DNA from: Eledone cirrhosa | Taxonomy: Eukaryota | DNA length: 64,000 nucleotides | Direction of reading: 5' to 3' | NCBI GenBank assembly: GCA_964016885.1 | Contig: OZ024743.1 | Span: 247,132,001-247,196,000, forward strand | Shown: piece after piece, positions 39,697 to 52,870 of the stretch | Numbering within the stretch: position 1 is the stretch's first letter | Layout of the letters: each line of letters opens with the position of its first letter | Translations under genes and position numbers: made by a program | Notes under the pieces: generated by a model | What the model was told of the DNA's origin: nothing | What the model saw: only the letters and a program-made list of their open reading frames with translations | The model's database searches: none

Positions 39697-42600
39697 CATC
39701 ATCATCATCAGGTTTAGCGTCCGTGTTCCACGCTTGCATGGGTTTGGACGGGGGTTTTCCCACTTGAGGCAAGAGTGGTTGTCTTGCTCGCATAGGACTG
39801 TCTGGCGGGTTTTCTACAGTTGGATGCCCTTCCTAACACCAACCACATTTACAGTGTGGGGCTGGGAGGTTTTTACCGTGTTGCCTACACGGCCACATTA
39901 CAGCGTGGACTGTCTGGCGGGTTTTCTACAGCTGGATGCCCTTCCTAACACCAACCACATTTACAGTGTGGGGCTGGGAGGTTTTTACCGTGTTGCCTAC
40001 ACGGCCACATTTACAGCGTGGACTGTGTGTTTTTTGTCATGACACCTACACGATCTCATTTGTTTCGGCCTGGATGTTGTGGGACCAACATAACTGTACA
40101 TTGAAAGGGGCGGTGTGGATGGGGTGGAGGTGGTGGGACGGGGGGGTGTTTTGATAGAGATGCCTACTGACTGTAGTAGGTTTTTACTTTGTATTTAGGT
40201 AAGGCGAGTCTTCTCTATTACTGAGTAGCGCCAAAGGTCTCGGTCCAGTGACATTGTCTTGGAGAGGTGTAAGCGTGTGAGGTCGGAATTTATCAGCTCG
40301 TCCCATGTTTTTCTGGGTCTGCCTACTCAGTGGCTACTGTCTATCTTTATTGCCCTGCACTTTGTTATACAGCTGTCGTCTTTCATGCGCATCACGTGAC
40401 CGTACCAACGTAGCCTTCTCTTGAGTAAACAACATCTGATCCCTCTTATTTCTAATTTTTTCCTTAGTTCGTTTATGCTTTGCCGTTCACGTATATTACT
40501 ATTGCACATCCAGCGGAGCATGCAAGCTTCGTTCCTCTCTAGTCTGCGTATATCCTCTGCACACAATGCCCAGGTCTCACTGCCATGCAGCATTGCTGTT
40601 CGTATGCAGGCATCGTATAACCTGCCTTTCATTTTTAGGGAGAACCCTCTAGCGGCTAATAGTGGTATAAGCTCTCTGAACTTTTTCCATCCAGTTCTGA
40701 CTCTAGCTACTGTACTTTCAGAGCACCCTCCCCCACTGCTGATTTTGTCACCCAGGTAACGGAACCTGTCCACTATTTCTATAGAACCCTCTGCGCAGTT
40801 GAAGGAGCTAGTATTTTGTGGGTACTTGCTGCTACTTATTGCACCAGAGCACCGGCCACATGTAAAATCTATGTTCTTAGTTAGCTTACCTGTGATCCCA
40901 CTACATCTTTTATGCACCCATACTTTGCATTTGGGACATAAAATGGAGTTTCTACCTACGCCTTTCCTACACACTGAGCATGGCCATTTCCCAGATGGGA
41001 CTGCCGCCATATTTTCTTTCCTACAAACTAGAACTTTAGTCTTAGCCAGGTTAATTTTAAGGCCTTTTGATTCTAGGCCGTGCTTCCATGTTTGGAATTT
41101 CTTCTCTAGTTCGGTCATTGATTCAGCTATGAGCGTTAGATCATCTGCGTATAGGAGTTCCCATGGGCAGCCGGTCTTGAACTCCTCTGTTATAGCCTGA
41201 AGGGCAATAATAAATAGTAGGGGGCTAAGAACAGAGCCCTGATGGACACCAACTTTTACGCTAAACTCTTCACTATATTCGTTGTTAATTCTAACCTTAC
41301 TGACTGTTTCTTTATACATGGCTTGTATAGCTCTCACAAGCCATTCGTCAACACCTAGTTTTCTAAGAGACCACCAGATAATGGAACGGGGGACTCTGTC
41401 GAAGGCTTTCTCCAAGTCGACAAAAGCTAAGTATAGGGGTTTACTTTTAGCTAGGTACTTCTCCTGTAGTTGTCGTACAATGAAAAGAGCGTCTGTGGTA
41501 CTTTTGCCTGACACAAATCCGAACTGCATTTCATCTAGATCAATTCTCTCTCTGATTAGTTGCGCTATTACTTTTTCCGTGACCTTCATGACCTGGTCGA
41601 TTAATTTAATGCCTCTATAGTTACTCCTATCTAGGGCATCTCCTTTTCCCTTATAGCAGTTAACGATGATGCTGCTACGCCAGTCCTTCGGAACAACCCC
41701 ATTCTGTACGACTTGGTTAACTATCCGGGTGACCATGGTGTGTCCCACCGAACCAGATGCCTTCAGCATCTCAGCAACTATTTCCGAAGGACCAGCCGCC
41801 TTACCCGTCTTCATATCTTTGATTGCCTTGCTTATTGTACTACCCTGGACTAACACTGCTGGTCCCTCTATTGGGTCGATGTGGGGGAGACTGTCTTTCT
41901 CCCATTTGTTCTCCTCATTTAGAAGCCTTTCGTAGTGACACTTCCAAGCTACCTTCTTATCAGCGTCGGTGATGGCAAGTATGCCATCATCGTTAAGCAC
42001 ACACTTCTCCCCGACAATATCACGGTTTTCCTTGACACATTGCCTGGCAATCCTGAACACCTCACGTTTTTGGTCCTCACATTGTAGAACATGCTTGAAC
42101 TTTCTTTCCTCTGCTTCCCTTCTTGCGAAGTACACTTGTCTCCTAGCTTCCCTCCTGGCCACCTGATAGTCTTCTCTACTTCCCCCATCCCGCCATACTT
42201 TCCAAGCCTGCTTTTTGGCCTTAATTGACTCCTCCACCTTACTGTTCCACCACCATGTTACTCTCCTCCTACCTACAGGCCTGCTCCAGCCACAGACTTC
42301 GTCTGCCGCCGTCAGCAGGTTTGCTCTCAGGAATTCCCACTGTTCCTCTATATTATACGACTCTAATTGCTCTTCCTTACTGTCGAAAGCGTCAAGTAAT
42401 ATGCTTTGAAATTTATTTCTGGCTATGGGGTCCTTTAGCTTCCATATTTTTCTCCTGAGGATAGTCCTCTTCCGCTGTCTAGTACGTCTCGTCCTGACTA
42501 TGAGGTCGCTAATTATCAGTCTATGTTGGGAGGTGAATTCTTCATGGGGGAGGGATTTAGTGTTAACAACAGACACTCTGTCACGTCTTCTGGTAAGGAT

Positions 42601-42807
42601 ATAATCTACCTGGCTTGTGTGTTCCCCCGATCTATAGGTGATCAAGTGATTGTCTCGTTTTTTGAAGTTAGTGTTACAGATAGTCAAGTTATTTGCGTCG
42701 CAGAATTCCAGGATTCTGGAGCCTTCCTCATTTCTAGTACCGAACCCATAGCCTCCATGGATTCCGTCATAGCCGTCACAATGCTGTCCAACGTGACCAT
42801 TTAGGTC
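39697..42807 (-). mobile_element. RTE-clade LINE subfamily A, young, 5'-truncated within APE; about 825 codons uninterrupted
   Basis: ORF 40327-42861 (first residues derive from the flanking SINE); DLNGHVG, QVDYIL, SQHR, RT YADD; frameshift near the C-terminus; 111-bp tandem duplication in the 3'UTR; (GAT)n tail. Confidence 0.97.
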
Positions 42808-43532
42808 AATGTACTGGATAATTGCTGGCCTTGTGCCAAAAGTAGAAACAATTATTATCATCGTTTTTATGTTGACCTATCAAGGATGGCATAGGTTGGA
42901 CAGCACACCTTTCGTAACACAAACCCTTTTAGTGGCTTCTTACTACCTATTCTAAACCAGATACATATGGTTAGTTATTTTCTAAATTAAGCAAGAAAAA
43001 GAGAAGAGGATAATTGAGAGAAGGGAGTGAATAGAAAGTATTTTGCACAACTATGAAGTATGAAAGAAAACTTAAGTAGAGAATGCATGCAAGCATAGCT
43101 CTGTGATTAAATTTCAAGTTTGATCCCACTGTGTGGCACTATGGACAAATATCTTCAACACTGTTTAAGGTAGCAGTGGTGTTTTTTTATGTCCTACAGC
43201 CTGTTAAGGCAACAAAGATCAGTGGTACATAAATACTGTACTTAAAAAATAAGGTCTTTGGTTGCATCAGGAAAAGCATCTGGTTGTAGAATACTCCCTC
43301 AAATAAGTCTCATCCAACCCATACTGACAGGGAAATGGCTGGCATAACAACAATGATGTCAATGATGAAAGATACAGTCTGATTTTTTCATAGAATATTT
43401 TTATAAGATACAAATTTCTTATAGTATGGTATCATTTGGCCTAATAGGGTAGCCAATACAATAACAAAATCATTTAAGAGTTTAATAAGAGTTTAGTAAA
43501 CAATATAAATTTGATAATCATCTAATGCTTAC

Positions 43533-43658
43533 CCAAGCTTTTTATGAAGCTTAAAAATTTCAACAATCCTTTTGACAATCGGAACTTTCACTTTAGCCGC
43601 CCATAGTATCAGCCGACAGTCATCATAGGTATGGTCTGTTATGGTACAATTCAAACAT
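43533..43658 (-). CDS. LPCAT2: LPCAT exon (126 nt): CLNCTITDHTYDDCRLILWAAKVKVPIVKRIVEIFKLHKKLG
   Basis: Acceptor ttctacag, donor gtaagc; TDHTYDDC motif. Confidence 0.95.
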
Positions 43659-44289
43659 CTGTAGAAAAAAATGTTCATAACATTTTGAGAATCACTCATG
43701 CGTCTGGAGTATTTTTTTCAATGGCATGAAATAGGCATGAAATATAGTTTTTGATACCAACCCACTGTAAAACTAACTCTGGTTCTATGAAACAAAACCA
43801 CCCATTTTAAAGGGTTCCAATTTAAATTAAAATCTTCCTCCATAATTTGTTGTAAGAATCTTTTGATAAGTTATGGTTCAAATACCATTAAAATAATGAA
43901 ATAATTATTATAATAAATACTTCTAAATTCTTCATTAATTAATTGAAATACAATACATTTCATTAGAAATATGGTCACAAAAGGGTTACTGCTAAAGAAT
44001 TAAACATAATTTAACAAAAAAAAAAATTTCAACTTTGTTTTTCATCTATTCGAGGTTGATGAAAAAGTATTAGTCCAGTACTGAGGTCAATTCATCCTCT
44101 ATATCTCTTTCTCACTTCCATTCTCTCACTCTCTATCTTTCTCTGGAAGAAATCTGCTGTATTCAGACCCGGAGAGGTTTGGGCTCTGCCAGGTTAAATT
44201 GCCCTAAAAATACTGTCAATATGGCGTCCCTACAACTCCCGCACGAGTTACGGGACCATGCTTGTATGCATTCATAAATAAGTGAAATA

Positions 44290-45387
44290 ACATTGTACAT
44301 TGTGTCCATCATCTACTACTGCCTGACCGTTGTGCCTTGCCCCCATTCGTGCCTCACCAAATTAGAGTGGATCTTCTTCAACTTCTTGTGGAGGGGACAG
44401 GTTACATCAGTGAGACGGTCCACCTGTTGCCAGCATCCTTTACGAGGAGGGCTGGGCATGCCACAGCTAATGATGCACAAACATGTGCTCAGGCTGCGCA
44501 TCTCCAGATATTCTGCCAAAACAATGAACAAGTGTGGTCCTCATTTGTCAGATAGGCCTTTCTGCAGCTCATTTCTTGGACTGAGCTGCAGTCCTGGGTC
44601 AAGAAGAGACCGAAACTGGGTGCCTGGCATCTGGAATGTTGCCAGACACTCACTGCCCTCTACCAGATGGGCAATACAGTCAGTGAAACTTCCACTCTAG
44701 AGTTCTATAGAGGGTTAGTGGTGGGCAAGTGCGACAACGCTCTCAAGGAGATTCTAGGCATTGATGAGAATGAACTAGCCAGTTTTTTCTGGAGGACTTT
44801 CAACAATTTCCAGAAATTCCTCGCTTGGCAGTGCTACCGGGGAGCATTCTTTTGACCGAGAGATTCTTTTGACCGGGAAGAGCAGGCAGTTTTCCTCTGT
44901 CTGATAGCTGTAACAAAAGAGGCTGTGTGGTGGACGTGGCTGAAAAGTCTGAAGACAGACACTCACTTCTTTGGTCACGCCCTCATCAACTTTTTCAAGT
45001 TCCAGTTGAAAAGGAAGATAAGGGTGGAGAGAAAAATGCTGCCCCCCAGGATATTTTTTGAAAGGTGGGTGATTGTTGTGAGAATGGCCCGTGTGAATGG
45101 GTTCACTCTGGACATGCGCCTGTAGGCTGGAATGGCCCGTGTGAATGGGTTCACTCTGGACATGCGCCTGTAGGCTGGAAAGATCAAGGGAGAGAGGGTG
45201 GGTGGTATCCCCCCCTATTGAGGAATTCTGTTGTTGGTATTTGTTTTGTTTATTTGTTTTGTTTATTTGTTTTTGTTAATTCTTTTAGTCGATTGCATGT
45301 AAATCTCCACTGTCTCCGTCTTTGTATTTTCCCCTATATTCGACCCTTGTGGCCAATAATAAAGAAATTATTATTATTATTATTATA
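44290..45387 (+). mobile_element. L1/Tx1-clade LINE 3' fragment
   Basis: FNFLWRG....VRR...P..GGLGMP motif; 48-bp tandem duplication at 45082-45180; AATAAA then (ATT)n tail. Confidence 0.85.
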
Positions 45388-45648
45388 TAAACCTAAAAAT
45401 CATAATGTTAAAAAAAATTATTTTGATATTTCTCCTTTGTCAATTGCTATATTATGGTAGAAATGTAAATTCAAATTATTGCACAAAACAGGATAGTGAA
45501 AATTTGCTTTAGCTGTCATGGGTTAAACAGAATGATAAAGGTTATGAGCTCCTGAGTTACAAATAATCCAATCAAATATTAGCAGTTCTCTTTTATTTTA
45601 GATAAAATAAAATACCATAAATGCTTTTTATCAATATCTATAACTCAC

Positions 45649-45731
45649 TTGGCCATTTGTTGGCGAACATTTTCAGAAAATAACTTTGGATCTTTTAATT
45701 CTTGTTCATTTGGAATATGTACAGGTAGAAA
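45649..45731 (-). CDS. LPCAT2: LPCAT exon (83 nt): FLPVHIPNEQELKDPKLFSENVRQQMAK
   Basis: Acceptor cttccag, donor gtgagt; conserved FLPV..P...E..DP.LF..NVR..MA. Confidence 0.95.
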
Positions 45732-46071
45732 CTGGAAGATACAATGAAATAGCTATGTAGAATGTTACACTTTTTAAGGCATTAATAAAAGTCATAAACA
45801 ATAAGGTGAGAATCAGTAAGAATGTTAGGTAAAATTCTACAGAACATAAAACCATTTTACACCAGAATAGTTTTGTTTTGAAACAAAATTAGAGGAAACT
45901 TTACTTTTAATAACATAACATATAATGATGAAAGTTTCATAAAACTTTTAACTATGCTACGATGACAAAACAGAGACTAAAAGACTAGTGACAACTAAAT
46001 TTTATAATATAGTTTTCATAAGTATTAATTCTGTCAATTAATGAAATATCAATAGGTCTAAGTGATACTTT

Positions 46072-46461
46072 CAAGCTGCCAAATATCACAACATAAAGTA
46101 TCCAAACTGTCACTGGTAATTTCTATGTGTGATATGACACTTTAGTGTCACCAATAATCTTCAGGCATGTGATAACACAGTGTGCCACCGACAATCTTTA
46201 AGTGTGTCATAACTCTTTAGTGTATCACCAATAATCTCTCGATGTGTCACAAAATTAAGTCAAATCTGATTGATTTTTTTTAACAATATTTTGTTGTGAA
46301 GTATATTTAGTCTGATAACTGCATACAACTAAACAGATGGTTGGTGACACATAATATGATATTAAATGTTTATTTATTCATTCCCTTAATTTTGTGTCAC
46401 AAACAAAACTAAAGTATCACAAATTTTTCATTTTTCAAATGTGAAAATTTTGGCAAGCTCT
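46072..46461. mobile_element. Possible old MITE with internal degenerate repeats of about 40 bp
   Basis: Imperfect inverted ends aagctgccaaatatcac / gtgaaaattttggcaagctc; repeated gtgtcaccaataatct. Confidence 0.4.
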
Positions 46462-47397
46462 AATATAAGGTCTATAGATCATTCCCTTACTCAGAAAAGG
46501 AACTTACATGAAACACGAAAAGGGAAAACTTACTGCAAAATATTGTCTAATAACTCTAGACAGTCTTCCTTAAATACATTTATAACATGGATAAAGCCAA
46601 GTAAACATTAAGCAATGACTCAGACCTTGTACAGTATATAAGCAGCCATAGTTCAACCTTATATGGGAAAATATGGTAAATTTAATCACAAAGTCCTTCA
46701 TCATGTGAAGTGCAGTATGTCACAGATATTTTACTGCCAATTTATAGACTAGCCTGGACTGGAACAATTACCACAAGACTGACATGACAAAGAACACCCA
46801 GCCCACACTGTAAAGTGGTCGTGTAGGTATCACGACAAAAAGCACCCAGCTCACACTGTAATGTGGTTGTGTAGATGTCATGGTAAAAAGTACCCAGTAC
46901 TCACTGTCAATGAGGTTGGCATTAGGAAGGCATCCAGCTATAGAAACCAAGCCAAAATCAGTTCTGTATGAACAAGGCATGGTCACCTGACTTGGCCTAT
47001 CAAACAAAAAGAAAACTCGTCTAACCTATGCTAGCATGGAAAAATGGGCATTAAATAGTGATGATGATAATGATGATGATTTTATCTGACACTAACAATT
47101 CCAGTGGCACTTTATTTCATCAACCTCGAAAGGATGAAAGGCAAAGTTGACCATGGCAAAGTTTGAATTCAGAGGGCAGGGAATTAGAACAAATACGATA
47201 AAGAATTTGTTCAACACTAACAATTCTGTCAAATTCTCCACATTAAACACTTTTTTGTGACTTTTTTTAACTAAAGAAAAAGAATATAAATGTGTGTGTG
47301 CACACGTCTGCGTGTGCATGTGTGTGGCAAGAGAGAGAGAGAGAGAGAGCAAAAAGTTAAAAAGCTATAATAAAAATGTTCTGAAATACACACTCAC

Positions 47398-47452
47398 CTC
47401 TATTTCAACATTATTATGAAATTGACACAGTGTATACCATAATACTTTAAAT
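47398..47452 (-). CDS. LPCAT2: LPCAT exon (55 nt): FKVLWYTLCQFHNNVEIE
   Basis: Acceptor tttcag, donor GAG|gtgagt; phases fit. Confidence 0.93.
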
Positions 47453-49321
47453 CTGAAATTAAATAAGAGAATATTTTAAATGAAAATATAACAGTTATAG
47501 TGTATGGTTTTAAGAACATTTTTAGTGGAGATACAATTGGTTATTAATACTGCTTATTTTAGAGCATATTTACTGTAATAGAGAGATTCTTAAAAAAGTA
47601 TTAGCCATCTGGCAAAATGGTTATAAAGTGTTATTCTTAATTGTAAAGTCTTAGGTTTCATCCCACTGTGTGTTATCTTGAGCAAGTATCATTTACCATA
47701 ACCTTGGGTCAGCCTAAGCCTTGTGACTGAAAGTGGATAGACATTAAGTGTTTAAAAGCCCATTGGAAGAACTACATCTGCAATTCAATTAGCCAGCTTT
47801 GTCACACATTGAATTCCACTGAGAATCACATTAAGAGTACACATCAATGGAATGCTCAGTCACCTGCATGCTGATTTCATGAATAGGCTGTTCTGTTGAT
47901 CAAACAACTGAAAAACTCAGGTTAACCAATAAGCTCAAAAGTAAGAGTTGGTTTCTGAGACAATCATAGAATACCGTCTCAAAATTCTCATTTAGCCTCT
48001 GCAAACATGAAAAAATAGACAAGACCTTTAATAGAGATAGAATAAGTATAGTAACAAGAGGAAGTATGAAAATCGTTACACTAATGTGGGGTGGGAAGTT
48101 GTGGGCCAATATATATTTCAAATGTTTATAGGAAAAGTATGGATTTTTTGTTACCCTCTCTTTATAAATATAGTGTCAGTATTAGATAAGAAAGCCTATC
48201 ATCATCATCATCTAGATTTTCTAAGTCAAGGTCAGTTTTATTTTATTTTTTTTATGCAAAAGCATCAACAGTATTAATCCCGCTGGTCACAAAGGGCCTT
48301 TCCTCTAAAAGAAAAAAAAAATCATCAAACTTGTTGGATACAGATAGCAAGGTAGTTAGGAAATTTAATAAGTAATTACATATACAAGTATATATGACCT
48401 GAGGTGATGATGATAATGATGACAATGTGTGTATGTGTGCCCTGTGTTTTTGCATAACATTGTAAAATATTTGTTTCAAGCAACTAAGATAAAGTCTGTA
48501 GTGCAGTAACTCTCTAAAGGGACGTAACTGAAGTGAAATTAAGAGGTTTTGTGGGCAAATATACCTACAATCTCATGAAACAACTTTCAGTCTGTAGGAA
48601 TACATGGGCCAAAGCCCAAAAGGCAATATCAGAGACAATGGAAAGGAGTTCCAGCTGGATATGTTTGATGAGGAATAAAAATGACCTCCATTTGAGGGCA
48701 GTGTGTTTATATTTTAGCGCACGATAAGGGAAGTAACTCTGAGTGAGTCATCGTAATGTTGGCGGCGGCGGTTACGCTGTTAACATCAAGAAAGTGTTTA
48801 AATATAAGTTTTAAAGCAAAGGCAGCGGAGAGGGATTCCAACTAAATCTTGTCAAAATCTCCATACGGTTAAAATACATGTCTTTGATATCAAAATAACT
48901 AAATATCAGCAGAAAAAGTATCCAAGTGTTATAACCTGGATGTGGCCCAGAGTATAAGAAGTTAAGGGCTGTAACACTTGCTTGAGAGGAGGCTTCTTCT
49001 CTAAAGACCTTCTGCTGTCCAGCTCTCCTGAGAGTTTCTTACCACTATGAATATTATACGAAGTATACCATTGAGCAAAACCATTGACAACAGGACCTCG
49101 CCATGGTCACAGTAAAATAACTAAAAGCAGTAAAAGAAAATACACATCCAATTATGAGATTATGTATGTATGAATTCACTCATCATCATTTTATAGCTGC
49201 TTTTCTAAGTTTACATGGAACAGATAAATAAGTTCCTATACAACATTACTTTGTCGCCTGATCTGCAACAGAGAAAACCACCAATTTATGTTGTTGTGTA
49301 TATCATATATGGTGAATGTAA

Positions 49322-49470
49322 CATGGCCGAATGATTAAGAAGTTTGCTTCGCAATTATTACGTCCCACTGTGTGGCATCTTGGGAGAGTGTCATTTACCA
49401 AAGCCTTGGGTTGATCCATGCCTTGTGAGTGAAATTGGGAAGACAGAAACTTTGGAAATCCGTTAGATGG
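49322..49470 (+). mobile_element. CORE-like tRNA SINE (octopus type)
   Basis: cccactgtgtggcatcttgg..gccttgtgagtg motif; related copies at about 43095-43160 and 47605-47920. Confidence 0.65.
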
Positions 49471-50030
49471 ACAGTACCTGTAATTCAGATCATGGTATTC
49501 TGTCAAAAGCTTTCTCCAGATCAACAGAAACTAGATATTGTAGTTGTCTCATTAAGGGGAACCTGTGGTGAAAGGGGAACCTGTGGTGCTCCTTCATGGC
49601 ACAAAATCTAAATTGTCTCTTTTCTTAATTAGTAGTGCTATAAGCTTTTATAACTTGATTTAATTTTGTGTTTCTGTAGTTGCTCTTTTCCAGAATATCA
49701 CCTTTTCCCTTGTAACAATTAACAATTATGTTGGTAGGTCAGTCATTGGGTATGACACTGTCATGACTAACTTTCGCATTTCAGTGGCTATCCTCACTAT
49801 TATATAAGTCTGTCCCAGGCAAAAGAATCCATTCTAAAATGAAGGGCAGCAACATCAACTATAGGTTTATAAAGAATCTGTGTGTGAGCAAGGAACTGGG
49901 CACCCTACTCATATAACTGTCTAAGAACATCTCTCAATAAAATAATGGAAATAATTCTCATCAGAGACAGCCTACATTGGAAACGAGATCTCTAACATTT
50001 TCAGAAGTGAAAGAACAGAATTTAATTGAA

Positions 50031-51090
50031 TAGGTAGTAACTCCATTCTCTGCCCCAAATGCAAACAATGGGTACACAAGAGATGTAGTGGGATCTCAGG
50101 AAGCTTAATTAAGAATGTAGGCTTCACATGCAGCAGCTGTGCTGGGACAGCAAGCAGCAAACAGCCACAGGAAACAAGTACCACCAATCTCTGGGAGGGC
50201 TCTGTAGAAACAGTAGACAGCTTCTGCTACCTAGGTGACCAAATTAGCAGCGGAGGTGGGTGTTCAGAAAGTACAATAACTAGGGTAAGAACGGGATGGA
50301 AGAAGTTTAGGGAACTACTACCACTGCTAGCTGCAAAAGGCTTCTCCCTCAAAATGAAAGGCAGACTGTATGATGCGTGTAACCGAACAGCGATGTTGCA
50401 TGGTAGTGAGACCTGGGCGCTGAAGGTGGAAGACTTACGTAGATTAGAGAGAAACGAAGCCTGCATGCTCCGATGGATGTGTAACAGTAATATATGTGAA
50501 CGACAAAGCATAAATGAATTGAGAGAGAGACTGAGCATAAGAGGAATCAAATGCTGTGTGCAGGAGAGGCGGTTGCGCTGGTATGGACATGCGATGCGTA
50601 AAAAGGTGCAGAGCACTAGAAGTCGATGGAAACCGCGGAGTGGGGAGACCCAAGATGACCTGGGATGAGGTGATAAAAGCCGACCTTACCCAATTACACC
50701 TCTCAAAGGCGATGACACATGACCGTGACCTCTGGCGTCACGCAGTAATACAGAGTACCCGACCTCCCATGGGTACAAGCTGAAGCATATAGACAATATG
50801 CCCCCACACTCCCCACCGCAAGGTGGTCATGGAGGTGCCACGGCAAAAAAGCACCCAGCCCACACTGTAAAGTGTACGTGTAGGCGCCACGAAAAAGCAC
50901 CTAGCACTCACTGTAAATGAGGTTGGTGTTAGGAAGGGCATCCAGCTGTAGAAATCAAGCCAAATCAGTTCCTGTATGAGCAAGGCATGGTCAGCTGACC
51001 AGACACTGCCCACAACAGGACAACCCATCTAACCCATGCTAGCGTGGAAGAACGGACGTAAAACGGTGATGATGATGATGATGATGATGA
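50031..51090 (+). mobile_element. RTE subfamily B 3' fragment
   Basis: Near-identical inverse of 32813-33875; (GAT)n tail. Confidence 0.93.
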
Positions 51091-51548
51091 CACTGTAATG
51101 ATCTGAAATTGAGGATGAAATATTAACCTGCTCTATCATCATCAGTGTTTAACATATATTTTTCGTGCTTCCATGATTTAGACAGGTTGCGACATTCTGC
51201 AGCTAAGACATCTTGCTTGTTCTGTTTTTGTTTCTACTTCTGGATGCTCTTCCTAACACCTAACACTTTATGTGTACTGAGAGTATTTTATGACACCAGC
51301 ACTACCTCGTTATGACACTATGGTGTTTATAGTGTCCTTGGTCAAGCTGAATAGACAGTGATAAAAGTGGGATGTGTAAAATGAAAAGGGGAAATGTGCA
51401 AGCTACATATTGCTTGCTGAAGGAGGGACCATCCTACAACAATAAGTCATGGAGGCAGGTTTGAAGAGTGTTAGTTGCATCTGGCAATATATTGTTGGGT
51501 GTGACCAGTTGTCCATAAGCATAGTTTGAACATGGAAGGTGAATTGAG

Positions 51549-51602
<54 letters not shown>

Positions 51603-51885
51603 CACACACACTTATGTATAAATCACACTTTTTCCCATGAAAATACATGAGAAACAGCATATGACTTATCTACTGGACATACAAAAATTCAACTCATGTA
51701 TAGTACATTGTAAATGTAACTTAGAAGTCTCCTTATCTACCAGAGCATATACAGTAAATAATGAGCATATACATGAGCATATACAGTAAATAAAAGATAA
51801 TGATAATATATCAAATTTAGAATATAAAATAAAATAAAAATTGCAAAGCTAAAATTAGAGTTTAAATCATTTAATTAATACATAC

Positions 51886-51920
51886 GCATCTGGTCCTTCC
51901 CAAGTCCAAGTTATAGTATC
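51886..51920 (-). CDS. LPCAT2: LPCAT micro-exon (35 nt): DTITWTWEGPDA
   Basis: Acceptor ttttcag, donor gtatgt; DT.TWTW.G is characteristic of LPCAT1/2. Confidence 0.93.
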
Positions 51921-52220
51921 CTGAAAATAAAATATAATTTAAAAATAACTTTAATATAGATAGGAAAAGAAGATATATTTTCCAAATATATTATTTTATT
52001 ATTTTACTGGTTTCAGTCAGTAGACACTGGCCATGCTGTGGCAACACCTTGATTGAATTAATAACATTGATTGCAGTATTTATTTTTTCAAGCCTGGTAC
52101 TAATTTTAACTAACTCTAACAATTTATTTATAGTCAAATCACAAAGTTATGAAGTAAGTAGAAACCAAAAAGCACAAAAACTAGAGCTGCCAAAAGGTGA
52201 ATAGATGGATATCTATCTAA

Positions 52221-52870
52221 TCATCATCACCACCACCATCACCGCATCAAGCCTTATTCATAAAAGGAGCCATGTTACTGGGTGGTCCTGATGTCAACCA
52301 AATTCACTGTGTGGAGCTGGGTGGCACCGTTATGAACAGCGTCCGGGATTGAGTTGTCAACACGGGTCTTTTGTTGTACGTTGTAGCACCAGAGGTCTCG
52401 GTCCTATGCTGTCTCCATTGGGAGGTTCAGCTGAGCCAGGTCAGCCTTTACCGTTTCATTCCGTGTCTTCCTCTTTCGGGACATCCTACAACCTCTAGTG
52501 CCCTGCACCTTTTTTAAACAGCTGTCATCTTTCATACACATCACATGTCCATACCACTGCAGTCTTCTCTCCTGCATGCAGCATTTGATCCCTATAATGC
52601 CCAGTTTCGCACTCAATACATTTACACTTTACCGTTCACGCACACTACTGTTACACATCCATCTGATCATGCAGCCTTCGTTTCTTTCCAAGCTCCATAG
52701 ATCCACGGCATGCAGAGCCTATGTTTCACTTCCATGTAACATTGCTGTGCACACACGGGCATCGTACAATTTGCCTTTTATCTTGAGTGAGAGACCTTTT
52801 TTAGTTAGCAGTAGCAGTAACTCCGTGAAGTTTTTCCATCCCGTTCTTACTCTGGCAACTGTACTTTCTG
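52221..52870 (-). mobile_element. RTE 3' fragment, another subfamily
   Basis: ESTVARVRTGWKNF..LHGSET..QERRLQWYGHVM; different 3'UTR. Confidence 0.85.

Noticed and set aside
33237-42804. Many + strand ORFs overlapping the RTEs
   Set aside because: Antisense shadows of the RT/APE frames.
39697-42807. Autonomous active LINE
   Set aside because: 5'-truncated within the endonuclease and frameshifted near the C-terminus; the ORF's initial Met comes from flanking sequence.
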